From Pontibacterium sp. (GTDB lineage Bacteria; Pseudomonadota; Gammaproteobacteria; Pseudomonadales; Balneatricaceae), in NCBI GenBank assembly GCA_049599735.1, contig JBMYOX010000007.1:7650-71649 (forward strand): a DNA stretch of 64,000 nt, read 5' to 3'. Position 1 is the stretch's first letter, and each line of letters begins with the position of its first letter. The notes below the pieces were generated by a model that saw only the letters and a program-made list of their open reading frames with translations, made no database searches and was not told the DNA's origin. Both the position numbers and the translations under genes were made by a program. Positions 51,759-61,374 of the stretch are shown piece after piece.

Positions 51759-53141
51759 TCAGCAGGCCACCACGTTTACTGCCAGCCCGCCCATTGAGGT
51801 TTCTTTATACTTATCCTGCATATCAACGCCGGTCTGGCGCATCGTCTCTATAACAGAATCCAGCGAGACATGGTGCTCACCGTCACCCCGCAGAGCCAGG
51901 CGGGCCGCATTAATGGCTTTCACCGCACCCATCGTATTACGTTCGATACAAGGCACCTGAACCAGACCGCCAATAGGGTCACAAGTCAGTCCCAGGTTAT
52001 GTTCCATGCCAATTTCGGCTGCATTTTCAATCTGCTTGTTGCTGCCACCCATCACTGCACAAAGCGCCCCGGCGGCCATAGAGCAAGCCACGCCAATTTC
52101 ACCCTGACAACCCACTTCGGCGGCAGAAATTGAGGCGTTCTTTTTGTACAACATGCCAATAGCAGCAGCTGTTGCGAGAAAAGTCTCAATGCCTTTATCG
52201 CTGGAGTTCGGTACAAAGCGGTCGTAGTAGGCTAAAACAGCCGGGATCACACCCGCCGCACCATTGGTCGGTGCCGTAACAACCCGCCCGCCTGCGGCAT
52301 TTTCTTCATTAACCGCGATGGCATACAGATTAACCCAGTCAATCACCGTCAACTGGTCCTGTAATCCCTTTTCAGGTTTATCAACCAGTTCACGGTATAA
52401 TTCGTTAGCGCGGCGCTTAACATCCAGTCCCCCCGGTAACTTACCGGTTTGCTGACAGCCACGGTGAATACAGTCATCCATCACTTTCCAAATAGCCATG
52501 ACAGATTCGTGGACCTGTGTTTCACTGATACCACGTGCACGCTCGTTTGCTAATACAATTTCCGCAATTGAAAGCCCTTCACGCTCACCAATCTCCAGCA
52601 ATTCAACGCCGTTATTAAACAGGAAAGGAATATCAGTTTTTGGCTTTGTTTTACCTTGGGCACCGGCTTCGGCATCACTTAATACAAAACCACCACCTAC
52701 TGAGTAATAAATACTTTCCAGGGCAATAATGCCCGCCGCATCATAAGCACGAAAGCACATACCATTAGGGTGTTTAGGCAGGGTTTCGCTGTAATTAAAT
52801 GGCAGATCCGTTTCGCGGTTAAAAGCAATCACGCGCTCACGGGCCAGATTTAATTCCCCGGTGTTATCAATAGTGGCGATATAGTCAGCCACCTGATCCG
52901 GATCCACCTGATCTGGCTGCTCGCCCAGCAATCCCAGCAGTACCGCCACATCTGTTGCATGGCCTTTACCTGTCAGTGCAAGGGAACCATAAAGATCAAC
53001 TTTTACCCGGCTGACGGATTGCAGCATGTTTTTATGGCGCAACTCATCCAAAAAACGATTCGCCGCAATCATAGGCCCAACCGTATGGGAGCTGGACGGG
53101 CCAATACCCACTTTAAACAGATCAGCAATTGTTAATGGCAT
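51759..53141 (-). CDS. sdaA: L-serine ammonia-lyase (Fe-S, single chain)
   Basis: [64 protein letters not shown]. Confidence 0.95.
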   Translation of the reverse strand: MPLTIADLFKVGIGPSSSHTVGPMIAANRFLDELRHKNMLQSVSRVKVDLYGSLALTGKGHATDVAVLLGLLGEQPDQVDPDQVADYIATIDNTGELNLARERVIAFNRETDLPFNYSETLPKHPNGMCFRAYDAAGIIALESIYYSVGGGFVLSDAEAGAQGKTKPKTDIPFLFNNGVELLEIGEREGLSIAEIVLANERARGISETQVHESVMAIWKVMDDCIHRGCQQTGKLPGGLDVKRRANELYRELVDKPEKGLQDQLTVIDWVNLYAIAVNEENAAGGRVVTAPTNGAAGVIPAVLAYYDRFVPNSSDKGIETFLATAAAIGMLYKKNASISAAEVGCQGEIGVACSMAAGALCAVMGGSNKQIENAAEIGMEHNLGLTCDPIGGLVQVPCIERNTMGAVKAINAARLALRGDGEHHVSLDSVIETMRQTGVDMQDKYKETSMGGLAVNVVAC

Positions 53142-53267
53142 TTTCAGGCCTCCACCTTATTTTTATTTATCATTCAGGAGACATCCTGGCACCCAAACAT
53201 GCATACGGGCTTTACCCATTGTCCGGCGCCACAAACAGAGAAGTGCGCCAGATCACTCATGAAATTC

Positions 53268-53296
53268 AGATTATCAACAGTTCTATCGATTGGCAA
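53268..53296 (-). promoter_or_regulatory. Predicted sigma70 promoter of sdaA-glyA-gcvH-gcvP
   Basis: Minus strand TTGCCA-17 bp-TAATCT with TG immediately upstream of the -10. Confidence 0.55.
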
Positions 53297-53301
53297 CAAA
53301 A

Positions 53302-53317
53302 ATTTCCTATTGGAAAC
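53302..53317. promoter_or_regulatory. Palindromic operator candidate (A/G)TTTCC-TATT-GGAAAC
   Basis: 15 bp identical to the site at 54312-54326; degenerate copies 20 bp on either side. Confidence 0.7.
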
Positions 53318-53436
53318 TTTTGTTTCTATTATGCAAATAAAAGTGTGTGATGTTTCCTTTAAAAGAGAGCGGCGCTTGTGTAACATTTTTGGAAACAGCC
53401 CCCGACCAGACAGGTCAGGCGCAGGAGAAGCCTTAA

Positions 53437-54066
53437 ATGTCCGATGAACCATTTTTCCTTAAAGACGAGAAAGTTGACGTCACACGGGCCGATGCCTCAG
53501 AAGCCTCTGTAGAACCTTTGCAATTGGGCAAACGTGTTCGCGAAATTCGCCTGAGCCAGAATCTGACACTGGAAGAAGCCAGCAAACGTACCGGCCTGGC
53601 CCGCTCCACACTATCAAAGATTGAAAACGAACAGATTTCACCGACCTTTACGGCGGTCAGTAAACTGGTTAAAGGTTTGGGTATCGATATTCCCCAGTTG
53701 TTCAGCGAGCCAAAACGCAGCGCGGGAACAGGCGGAAGGCGTGACATTACACGCAGCGGCGCGGGCGCACCCCACCCCACACCGACTTATGAACATGAAT
53801 TACTGGCAACTCAGTTAACCAGTAAAAAGATGATTCCTTACCGCACCACGGTACGCGCCCGTACTTTTGATGAGTATGCAGAATGGATTCGCCATGACGG
53901 TGAAGAGTTTTTATATGTATTAAAAGGCTCACTACTGTTCTACACCGAGTTTTATGAACCAATCGAATTGTCTGAGGGTGATTCGGCCTATTACGACTGC
54001 GAAATGGGCCATGCGCTAATTTCAACCAGCGAAACCGATGCCGAGGTTATTTGGGTAACGGCCTGA
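53437..54066 (+). CDS. XRE-family HTH regulator with C-terminal cupin domain
   Basis: LGKRVREIR..LTLEEAS..TGLARSTLSKIENEQISPT HTH; HDGEEFLYVLKG...GDSAYYDCEMGH cupin. Confidence 0.93.
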   Translation: MSDEPFFLKDEKVDVTRADASEASVEPLQLGKRVREIRLSQNLTLEEASKRTGLARSTLSKIENEQISPTFTAVSKLVKGLGIDIPQLFSEPKRSAGTGGRRDITRSGAGAPHPTPTYEHELLATQLTSKKMIPYRTTVRARTFDEYAEWIRHDGEEFLYVLKGSLLFYTEFYEPIELSEGDSAYYDCEMGHALISTSETDAEVIWVTA

Positions 54067-54134
54067 TCGCTGTCACTGAAAACCTGCAGAAAATCAGCTT
54101 ACAAACTGTTTAATAATTGATATATCACTTCCTG

Positions 54135-54175
54135 AAATGCCATCGCAAAGCAAATTCTGCGCTGGCATTTTTTTT
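54135..54175 (+). terminator. Probable terminator after the regulator
   Basis: AAATGCCA...TGGCATTT stem followed by a T run. Confidence 0.6.
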
Positions 54176-54281
54176 GCCCGACCAGTGTCATCAGCTCCAC
54201 CACATCCTTTATGGTCTATTTTTTGACCACCTTATTTCATAACAGATACTTTATTAGCCTAATTGACCAGTAAAAAATCAC

Positions 54282-54310
54282 TTGCATGAAGTTTCCTCTT
54301 CGTCTAAGTT
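54282..54310 (+). promoter_or_regulatory. Predicted sigma70 promoter of gcvT
   Basis: TTGCAT-17 bp-TAAGTT. Confidence 0.45.
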
Positions 54311-54326
54311 GTTTCCTATTGGAAAC
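54311..54326. promoter_or_regulatory. Palindromic operator candidate GTTTCC-TATT-GGAAAC upstream of gcvT
   Basis: 6-4-6 inverted repeat (7-bp arms with flanking T/A); half-site copy GTTTCCT exactly 20 bp upstream. Confidence 0.7.
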
Positions 54327-54382
54327 ATTTGATCCTTTATGATCAAATCTATTCCTTAACCCAAGTTATCGGGTAACGGTTT

Positions 54383-54456
54383 TTGTGTCTTCGGTCAGTA
54401 CTCAATCGGCCTTTTGTCCTGACCGTACCAGTGGCCTTCGGGTCACTGAGACACAA
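54383..54456 (+). ncRNA. Candidate cis-regulatory three-way-junction RNA in the gcvT leader
   Basis: P1 54383-90/54449-56 (8 bp), P2 54392-98/54419-25 (7 bp), P3 54429-36/54441-48 closed by a C(UUCG)G loop. Confidence 0.5.
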
Positions 54457-54493
54457 CTTTATACCCACCAATAAGAATGAAAAGAGGTTCGAT

Positions 54494-55621
54494 ATGTCTG
54501 AGGTACAAGGTACTCTGAAGCAAACACCTTTGTTTGATCTTCATGTAGAGCTGGGCGCTAAAATGGTCCCTTTCGCAGGTTACGAAATGCCTGTGCAGTA
54601 CCCACTGGGTGTAAAAAAAGAGCACCTGCAGACACGTGATCAGGCAGGACTTTTTGATGTTTCTCATATGGGCCAGGTTAAGCTGACAGGCGCTAATGCA
54701 GCCAAAACCCTGGAAAAACTGGTTCCTGTCGACATTATCGACCTGCCTGCGGGCAAGCAGCGTTACGCTCTGTTCACTAACGAAGAAGGCGGCGTGATGG
54801 ATGACCTGATGGTCACCAATTTTGGCGATTGGGTCTACGTGGTTGTGAATGCGGCCTGTAAAGATCAGGATATTGCCCATATGCAGGCTAATCTGGACGA
54901 AGGTGTTGCACTGGAAGTTCTGGATGACCGTGCACTGGTTGCCGTTCAAGGCCCGGCGGCAGCGCAGGCCATTGCCCGCATTGCCCCTGAAGTGGCGGAA
55001 ATGGTCTTTATGGATGCCCGTCAGGTTCAGATTGATGGTGTTGACTGCTTTATCTCCCGTTCAGGTTATACCGGCGAAGACGGCTACGAAATCTCAATCC
55101 CTTCTGCCGATGCTGATCGCCTGTGCCGCCTGTTCCTGGCACAGCCTGAAATCGAAGCGATTGGTCTTGGTGCCCGTGACTCGCTCCGCCTGGAGTCTGG
55201 TCTTTGCCTTTACGGACACGATATCGACACCACCACCACTCCGCTGGAAGCCAGCCTGATCTGGGCAATCTCCAAGTGCCGCCGTGCAGACGGTGAGCGT
55301 GCCGGTGGTTTCCCGGGTGCTGAAAAAGTACTGGATCAGATCAGCAACAAAAACTGGAGCCGTAAGCGTATTGGTTTGCTGGGTGAAGGTCGCGCTCCTG
55401 TGCGCGAAGGTACTGAGCTGTTTGACGAAGAAGGCAACAAAATCGGTGTTGTAACCAGCGGTACTTATGGTCCAACCATCGGAAAACCGGTTGCTATGGC
55501 GTATGTCGAAACCGCTTTCAGCCCACTGGAAACCGTGGTTTATGCTGAAGTTCGCGGCAAAAAACTGCCCATGACCGTTTCGCGTATGCCGTTTATCGAA
55601 CAGCGCTACTACCGCGGTTAA
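54494..55621 (+). CDS. gcvT: Aminomethyltransferase, glycine cleavage T protein
   Basis: LKQTPLFDLH, GLFDVSHMGQ, SRSGYTGEDGYEI, GLGARDSLRLESGLCLYG; GAGG RBS before ATG 54494. Confidence 0.97.
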   Translation: MSEVQGTLKQTPLFDLHVELGAKMVPFAGYEMPVQYPLGVKKEHLQTRDQAGLFDVSHMGQVKLTGANAAKTLEKLVPVDIIDLPAGKQRYALFTNEEGGVMDDLMVTNFGDWVYVVVNAACKDQDIAHMQANLDEGVALEVLDDRALVAVQGPAAAQAIARIAPEVAEMVFMDARQVQIDGVDCFISRSGYTGEDGYEISIPSADADRLCRLFLAQPEIEAIGLGARDSLRLESGLCLYGHDIDTTTTPLEASLIWAISKCRRADGERAGGFPGAEKVLDQISNKNWSRKRIGLLGEGRAPVREGTELFDEEGNKIGVVTSGTYGPTIGKPVAMAYVETAFSPLETVVYAEVRGKKLPMTVSRMPFIEQRYYRG

Positions 55622-55639
55622 ACCCTGAAAACCCGGAAG

Positions 55640-55660
55640 AAAGGGCGCCTGCCCTTTTTT
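55640..55660 (+). terminator. Short terminator hairpin after gcvT
   Basis: AAAGGGC-gcct-GCCCTTT followed by TTT. Confidence 0.65.
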
Positions 55661-55694
55661 CCTGAAAATTCCTATCCACCCGGGAGCCCACGTA

Positions 55695-56639
55695 ATGGAC
55701 ATGATTCCTTTAACCGAGCTGAAAGGCGAATCTAAAATGGCGAAGCTTCGCCATAAACCTGACCCTGAACGCAAACGTTTACGTAAACCCGAGTGGATCC
55801 GCATTGATCCGCGCAGCAACGGTAATGTTCAGAAAGTTAAAAAACAACTCCGGGAATTAAAGCTGCATACCGTATGCGAAGAAGCCGCTTGCCCTAATCT
55901 GGCCGAGTGCTTCAGCAAACGCACCGCCACTTTTATGATTATGGGCGCAATCTGTACCCGTCGCTGCCCCTTCTGTGATGTGGCACATGGCCGCCCCATG
56001 GGGCTGGACGAAAATGAACCACGCCACGTAGCTGAATCTATTCAGACACTGAATTTACGCTACGCGGTTATCACCTCTGTGGATCGTGATGATCTGCGTG
56101 ATGGTGGCGCGGGCCATTTTGCGAATGTCATACGTGAAGCCCGCGCACTGAATAAAGGTTTAACACTGGAGATCCTGGTGCCGGATTTCAGGGGAAAAAT
56201 GGATGCTGCCCTGGACGCGCTGTCGGCACAAACACCGGATGTGTTTAACCACAATATGGAAACCGTACCGAGCCTTTACGATTCTGTACGCCCGGGTGCT
56301 GACTATTTCTGGTCGCTGAATTTGCTCTACCAGTTTAAACGCCGCCACCCGGAGATCCCAACAAAATCGGGCCTGATGGTGGGACTGGGTGAGACTAAAG
56401 ACGAGCTGATTCAGGTCATGAAAGACCTGCGTGCCAACGGGGTTGATATGCTGACAATTGGACAGTACCTGCAACCGAGCAAGCACCACCTGGCGGTTGA
56501 GCGTTACGTGACACCCGCAGAATTTAAAGAGTATGAAACCATCGGCCTGGCGCTGGGTTTCACAAACGTCGCCAGCGGCCCGATGGTTCGCTCCTCCTAT
56601 CACGCTGACCAGCAAGCAGACGGCCACTCGGTCGGATAA
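55695..56639 (+). CDS. lipA: Lipoyl synthase
   Basis: [12 protein letters not shown] auxiliary cluster motif, CTRRCPFC radical SAM motif, [12 protein letters not shown]; exact start uncertain. Confidence 0.96.
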   Translation: MDMIPLTELKGESKMAKLRHKPDPERKRLRKPEWIRIDPRSNGNVQKVKKQLRELKLHTVCEEAACPNLAECFSKRTATFMIMGAICTRRCPFCDVAHGRPMGLDENEPRHVAESIQTLNLRYAVITSVDRDDLRDGGAGHFANVIREARALNKGLTLEILVPDFRGKMDAALDALSAQTPDVFNHNMETVPSLYDSVRPGADYFWSLNLLYQFKRRHPEIPTKSGLMVGLGETKDELIQVMKDLRANGVDMLTIGQYLQPSKHHLAVERYVTPAEFKEYETIGLALGFTNVASGPMVRSSYHADQQADGHSVG

Positions 56640-56655
56640 ACCCGGGGATTTCACC

Positions 56656-57243
56656 ATGGCAATTGCAGAAACGATTAATAGCCGTTTGGTACATATCAAC
56701 CTGGCGATACAAGTCGACAGCCGGGAACAAATCACCCATATCAGGATGCGCGAGCGCCCGTTTATCGGCGAGCTCAATCTTGATACGGATCCGGATAACC
56801 TCTCTCTGCTGATCGCGGTGGGTGATGTGATGGGTGTTTCTCAACCCCTCACCGTCAGCCGTATTTCATGTATAGGTCAAGTGTCGATTCTTTGGCTTGA
56901 TTCGGGTCACTGGCTGGTTTTACCCGTTTCCGGCAGTCAACTGTCGGTTAAACAAGCCTTATCAGACAGCTTCGGGCAGCAGATTCAATTCCAGACTGAG
57001 GATAACCTGTTACAGGCCAGCCTCAGCGAGACAGCGATTAATCAGCTTCAGGCTAATGACAAAAACACTACACCGGCTGATCCTGGTAAAACAGCACATC
57101 AAAATCACCTGCTTCAGAACGGCATCAGCATCTTATCGCCTGCTGATCACCAGGAATATGACATTCTCGTGCGTGATCACTGCGCAGAGCGTCTGTGGCA
57201 ATGGCTGAGCCACTCGGAACAAACCCCGACTAACCGCGCCTAA
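56656..57243 (+). CDS. Divergent sarcosine oxidase gamma-subunit-like protein
   Basis: RERPFIGELNL, ILWLDSGHWLV and YDILVRDHCAERLWQWL echo the gamma-subunit motifs (E..F.G.LNL, LWLGPDEWL, VRRSFA.YLW.WL). Confidence 0.6.
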   Translation: MAIAETINSRLVHINLAIQVDSREQITHIRMRERPFIGELNLDTDPDNLSLLIAVGDVMGVSQPLTVSRISCIGQVSILWLDSGHWLVLPVSGSQLSVKQALSDSFGQQIQFQTEDNLLQASLSETAINQLQANDKNTTPADPGKTAHQNHLLQNGISILSPADHQEYDILVRDHCAERLWQWLSHSEQTPTNRA

Positions 57244-57263
57244 AAACAGAAAGAAGGATTCCC

Positions 57264-58193
57264 ATGTCTATTTACACAGTCATAAACCGCAGCCAACTTG
57301 AAGCCTACCTGACTGAATATGAAATAGGCACACTGATCAGTTTCCAAGGTATAGAAGCCGGTGTAGAGAACACCAACTACTTTGTGAGCACCAGCCAGGG
57401 TGAGTATGTGCTCACACTGGTTGAATCAGTGCCCGCTGAACAGTTGTCTTTTATTCTGGGTTTTGTGTCCCATCTTGGTCAGCATGATTTAGCCGTTGCA
57501 CAGCCTGTGCTTAATCGCGGCGGTGCCCTCTGTGGCACCCTGAATGACCGCCCGGCTGTTTTTATGAATCGCCTGGCCGGAAAGCCGCTCGACATACCAA
57601 ACCTGGCACAATGTGCAGTTATCGGAGAAACACTGGCCACCAGTCACCGTGCAGCCGATGCCCTGCAACCTGAGCACTACCAGCATTTGTACCAGTGGTG
57701 CAGCGAAGCCAGTGCCCGGGTACTGCCTCATATGGAAGCGCAGGACAAACATTTGTTGCAGGAAGCGGTAATGGCAGCAGGTTTGATACCCTGGACTCAG
57801 TTACCTCAGGGACCTGTTCATGCCGACTTGTTTCCGGACAATGCCCTATTCGATGGTGACAAGCTGGCAGGTTTGATTGATTTTTACCATGCCTGTACCG
57901 CGCCCTACCTTTATGATCTGGCCGTTACACTGAATGCCTGGTGTTATGACGAACAGAAGGCCGTTTACGATGCAAACAAAGCAAACGCCCTGCTGGCGGG
58001 TTATGAAACAGTACGATTGCTTAATGCAGAAGAAAAACGGTGGCTTACTGAAATGCAGAAAGTCGCCGCACTGCGCTTCTGGTTATCACGCCTGAGAGAT
58101 ACACTTTTTCCAAAAGCCGGTGAACTGATTACCGTTAAAGATCCAAACGGCAAGAAGCTGCTGTTACAGCAGTTAAATCGCGCAGGCCACTAA
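57264..58193 (+). CDS. thrB: Homoserine kinase type II (APH-like fold)
   Basis: MSIYT, GIEAGVENTNY, GPVHADLFPDN, IDFYHAC, AALRFWLSRL. Confidence 0.92.
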   Translation: MSIYTVINRSQLEAYLTEYEIGTLISFQGIEAGVENTNYFVSTSQGEYVLTLVESVPAEQLSFILGFVSHLGQHDLAVAQPVLNRGGALCGTLNDRPAVFMNRLAGKPLDIPNLAQCAVIGETLATSHRAADALQPEHYQHLYQWCSEASARVLPHMEAQDKHLLQEAVMAAGLIPWTQLPQGPVHADLFPDNALFDGDKLAGLIDFYHACTAPYLYDLAVTLNAWCYDEQKAVYDANKANALLAGYETVRLLNAEEKRWLTEMQKVAALRFWLSRLRDTLFPKAGELITVKDPNGKKLLLQQLNRAGH

Positions 58194-58229
58194 GCTTTAG
58201 TGGCCTGGCAGCCTGCCCGGGCATCATAC

Positions 58230-58985
58230 TTAACGCCCGATTATTTCGTAATTGCACTCAAACCAGATATTCATCGGGTCATAATCCCGGCCTTCGTCAC
58301 ACTCATCAACGATTGGTGAAGGCTCGGGTTCAGGTACAGGCGCGGGTTTTGGCACAACCGGGTCACCAATCGCCAGCATGGCCGGGCGCTCATCCAATAA
58401 GCTCAGTTCGTTAGCTCCTTTGGCCAGCTCAAAATATTTACCCGGTTTCAGATCCGCCTGACCTGCCAGGCTATCCACGGAGATACCGCCCTGGTCAACA
58501 CCACCGGCCATACCTTCAAAAGAGCCATTTTGTTCAGCACAGCAGCGGTCACAAACATAAAGTTCATATTCAGTTCCCCGAATGCCAATGGTTGCCAGCA
58601 CCGTCTGTAAACGCACATTTTCAGGATTAGCCTTGCCAATTTTACCGCTGATCGTACGCAAACCACCACGCAGTAGCTGAAATACTGCAGCGCCTTCTTC
58701 CGGGGCTGCTTCATCATAGTGATATTGCGCAATCTGAAAAGTGGACCCTGGCTTCAGGTTAACCGATGAACCGTCATTAAAACGGATATGCACACGCCCG
58801 CGGGGGCCTGTGACAATGCGTTCTTCAGAATAAATTTTTGTACCCCGCTTAAGCGGCCGTAATGTGCCGTACAAATTGTCGGCATGATTCTCACCGACAC
58901 TCAACACCACTGTGCCTGCGCTCCTGGCAAGTGCTTCACTGCTGAAAACGCCAACCATCAGCAGCACCATTAATATACGTAACAC
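58230..58985 (-). CDS. Secreted FecR-domain protein
   Basis: Signal peptide; IVTGPRGRVHIRFNDGSSVNL, LLRGGLRTISG, ATIGIRGTEY; Pro-rich linker and Cys-containing tail. Confidence 0.8.
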   Translation of the reverse strand: MLRILMVLLMVGVFSSEALARSAGTVVLSVGENHADNLYGTLRPLKRGTKIYSEERIVTGPRGRVHIRFNDGSSVNLKPGSTFQIAQYHYDEAAPEEGAAVFQLLRGGLRTISGKIGKANPENVRLQTVLATIGIRGTEYELYVCDRCCAEQNGSFEGMAGGVDQGGISVDSLAGQADLKPGKYFELAKGANELSLLDERPAMLAIGDPVVPKPAPVPEPEPSPIVDECDEGRDYDPMNIWFECNYEIIGR

Positions 58986-59063
58986 CCTGCATCTCCCTGT
59001 TTCAGATAATATAAAGGGTATAAAAAACCCACCTTATCAGTCTTTCAGATAGCCAACCAGCCA

Positions 59064-61079
59064 TCAGGCACCGTGTTTAAGTTTCTCCAGCTGATCGCGG
59101 TAGTGGGCAGCCACTTCAAATTCAAGATTTTTGGCGGCTTCATACATTTTATCCTCAAGCATCGTCATTGTTTTAGCCTGCTCTGCGGGGCTCATCAGGC
59201 GGCTGTCCAGCTCATAATTTCCGGCTTTATCGGCCACTTTTTTAGCTGCTTTTGCCGCTTTTCGACCCGGTATAGTCGAGGCCCCTTCCATAATATCGGC
59301 CACAGACTTGATAATACCTTTAGGCGTAATGCCGTGGGTTTGATTGTATTCAATCTGTTTTTGACGGCGGCGCTCTGTTTCATCCATCGCCCGCTGCATA
59401 GACCCCGTTATCCGGTCAGCATAAAGAATGGCACGCCCGTTAACATTACGCGCTGCACGGCCTATGGTCTGTATCATCGAGGTTTCAGAGCGCAAAAAAC
59501 CTTCTTTGTCCGCATCCAGTATAGTAACCAGCGATACCTCCGGCATATCAATGCCTTCACGCAACAGGTTAATACCCACCAGCACATCAAAAACGCCCAT
59601 ACGCAAGTCACGGATGATTTCCACCCGCTCCACCGTATCTATATCAGAGTGCAGGTAGCGTACCTTAACTCCGTGTTCATCCAGGTATTCCGTCAGGTCT
59701 TCTGCCATACGTTTGGTCAGCACGGTGACGATAATACGTTCTTTATTTGCCACAACTTTGTTTATCTCAGACAGCAGGTCATCCACCTGCGTCTGTGCAG
59801 GACGCACTTCAACCACCGGATCCAGCAGGCCGGTAGGACGTACAACCTGCTCGGCCACATGCTGCTGATTGGCCTGTTCATATTTACTGGGTGTGGCTGA
59901 AACAAAGATCATCTGAGGCGAGGCCTGCTCCCACTCTTCAAACTTCATAGGCCGGTTATCCAGTGCCGAAGGCAACCTGAAACCATACTGCACCAGGTTT
60001 TCTTTACGGCTGCGATCACCCCGGTACATAGCGCCTATCTGAGGAACAGTCACATGAGATTCATCAATCACCAGCAGGGCATTATCCGGCAAATAGTCAA
60101 ACAAGGTAGGGGGCGGTGCACCCGGGTCACGACCGGAAAGGTAACGGGAATAGTTCTCTATGCCTGAACAGTAACCGAGCTCCATGATCATTTCCATATC
60201 ATAGAGGGTGCGCTGCTCCAGACGCTGGGCTTCCACCAGATTATCGTGCTCACGTAACTGCTTCAGGCGATCATGTAACTCATCTTTGATTTTATCTACC
60301 GCGGCCACCAGGGTTTCCCGTGGGGTAACGTAGTGTGACTTGGGATAAATAGTCGCGCGCGGAACCCGACTCAGCACTTCGCCGGTTAAAGGATCAAAAT
60401 AACTAAGCTCTTCCACCTCATCATCAAACAACTGAATCCGTAAGGCTTCTTTTTCTGAGTCTGCCGGGAATACATCAATCACATCTCCCCGCACACGGTA
60501 AGTACCACGATGCAGTTCAATATCATTACGTTTGTATTGCAGCTCCGCCAGGCGTCGCAAAATCGCCCGCTGATCCATCACATCACCACGTCCCAGGTGC
60601 AGCATCATACCCAGATACTGTTTAGGATCACCCAAACCATAGATGGCAGAGACGGTCGCTACGATGATAGCATCCTCTCGCTCCAGCAACGCCTTGGTTG
60701 CTGAAAGCCTCATCTGCTCGATATGCTCATTAACAGAGGCGTCTTTTTCGATAAACGTATCAGAGGCGGCTACATAAGCTTCCGGCTGATAATAATCATA
60801 ATAAGAGACAAAATACTCGACGGCGTTATCCGGGAAAAATTCGCGAAACTCACCATACAATTGAGCGGCCAGGGTTTTGTTGTGGGCCATAACAATGGTG
60901 GGCCGTTGTACCTGCGCGATCACATTGGCAATGGTAAACGTCTTGCCCGACCCCGTAACACCCAGCAGTGTTTGTGCGGCCAAACCAGACTCTATGCCAT
61001 CCACCAGTTCTGCAATAGCGGTTGGCTGATCCCCGGCGGGTGCAAAACCGGAGTGAACCTTAAAACGCTCTTTCATCAT
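59064..61079 (-). CDS. uvrB: Excinuclease ABC subunit B
   Basis: [46 protein letters not shown]-terminal [14 protein letters not shown]. Confidence 0.98.
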   Translation of the reverse strand: MMKERFKVHSGFAPAGDQPTAIAELVDGIESGLAAQTLLGVTGSGKTFTIANVIAQVQRPTIVMAHNKTLAAQLYGEFREFFPDNAVEYFVSYYDYYQPEAYVAASDTFIEKDASVNEHIEQMRLSATKALLEREDAIIVATVSAIYGLGDPKQYLGMMLHLGRGDVMDQRAILRRLAELQYKRNDIELHRGTYRVRGDVIDVFPADSEKEALRIQLFDDEVEELSYFDPLTGEVLSRVPRATIYPKSHYVTPRETLVAAVDKIKDELHDRLKQLREHDNLVEAQRLEQRTLYDMEMIMELGYCSGIENYSRYLSGRDPGAPPPTLFDYLPDNALLVIDESHVTVPQIGAMYRGDRSRKENLVQYGFRLPSALDNRPMKFEEWEQASPQMIFVSATPSKYEQANQQHVAEQVVRPTGLLDPVVEVRPAQTQVDDLLSEINKVVANKERIIVTVLTKRMAEDLTEYLDEHGVKVRYLHSDIDTVERVEIIRDLRMGVFDVLVGINLLREGIDMPEVSLVTILDADKEGFLRSETSMIQTIGRAARNVNGRAILYADRITGSMQRAMDETERRRQKQIEYNQTHGITPKGIIKSVADIMEGASTIPGRKAAKAAKKVADKAGNYELDSRLMSPAEQAKTMTMLEDKMYEAAKNLEFEVAAHYRDQLEKLKHGA

Positions 61080-61374
61080 ATAACCCACTGTAGATTAGCC
61101 CGCCATTATACTCCGGGAACTCACCCGATGGGTGGCAATTTCCCGTTCGATTACACAGCGCAAAATACCACCATAACAATAAAGTTTCGTTTAATAGACA
61201 GACCTTGATTTTATGCAACAAAGTATCACTTTTCTGTCGATAAAGGATTTTAGCGACAAAAGGAATCCTGTATTATTGGGCGGTTAACACAGGGGCGCTG
61301 ATTGCAGTTTTTTGTCATGTACGGATCAGTGGCTTCACAATCATAATGTGAGTACTCTTCAGAGGGACTTAAGC

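Noticed and set aside
53142-54493. Glycine riboswitch upstream of gcvT or sdaA
   Set aside because: No GGAGA/CCGAAG/CUCUCAGG aptamer elements on the sense strands.
61080-61374. LexA (SOS) box upstream of uvrB
   Set aside because: No CTGT-N8-ACAG match found.
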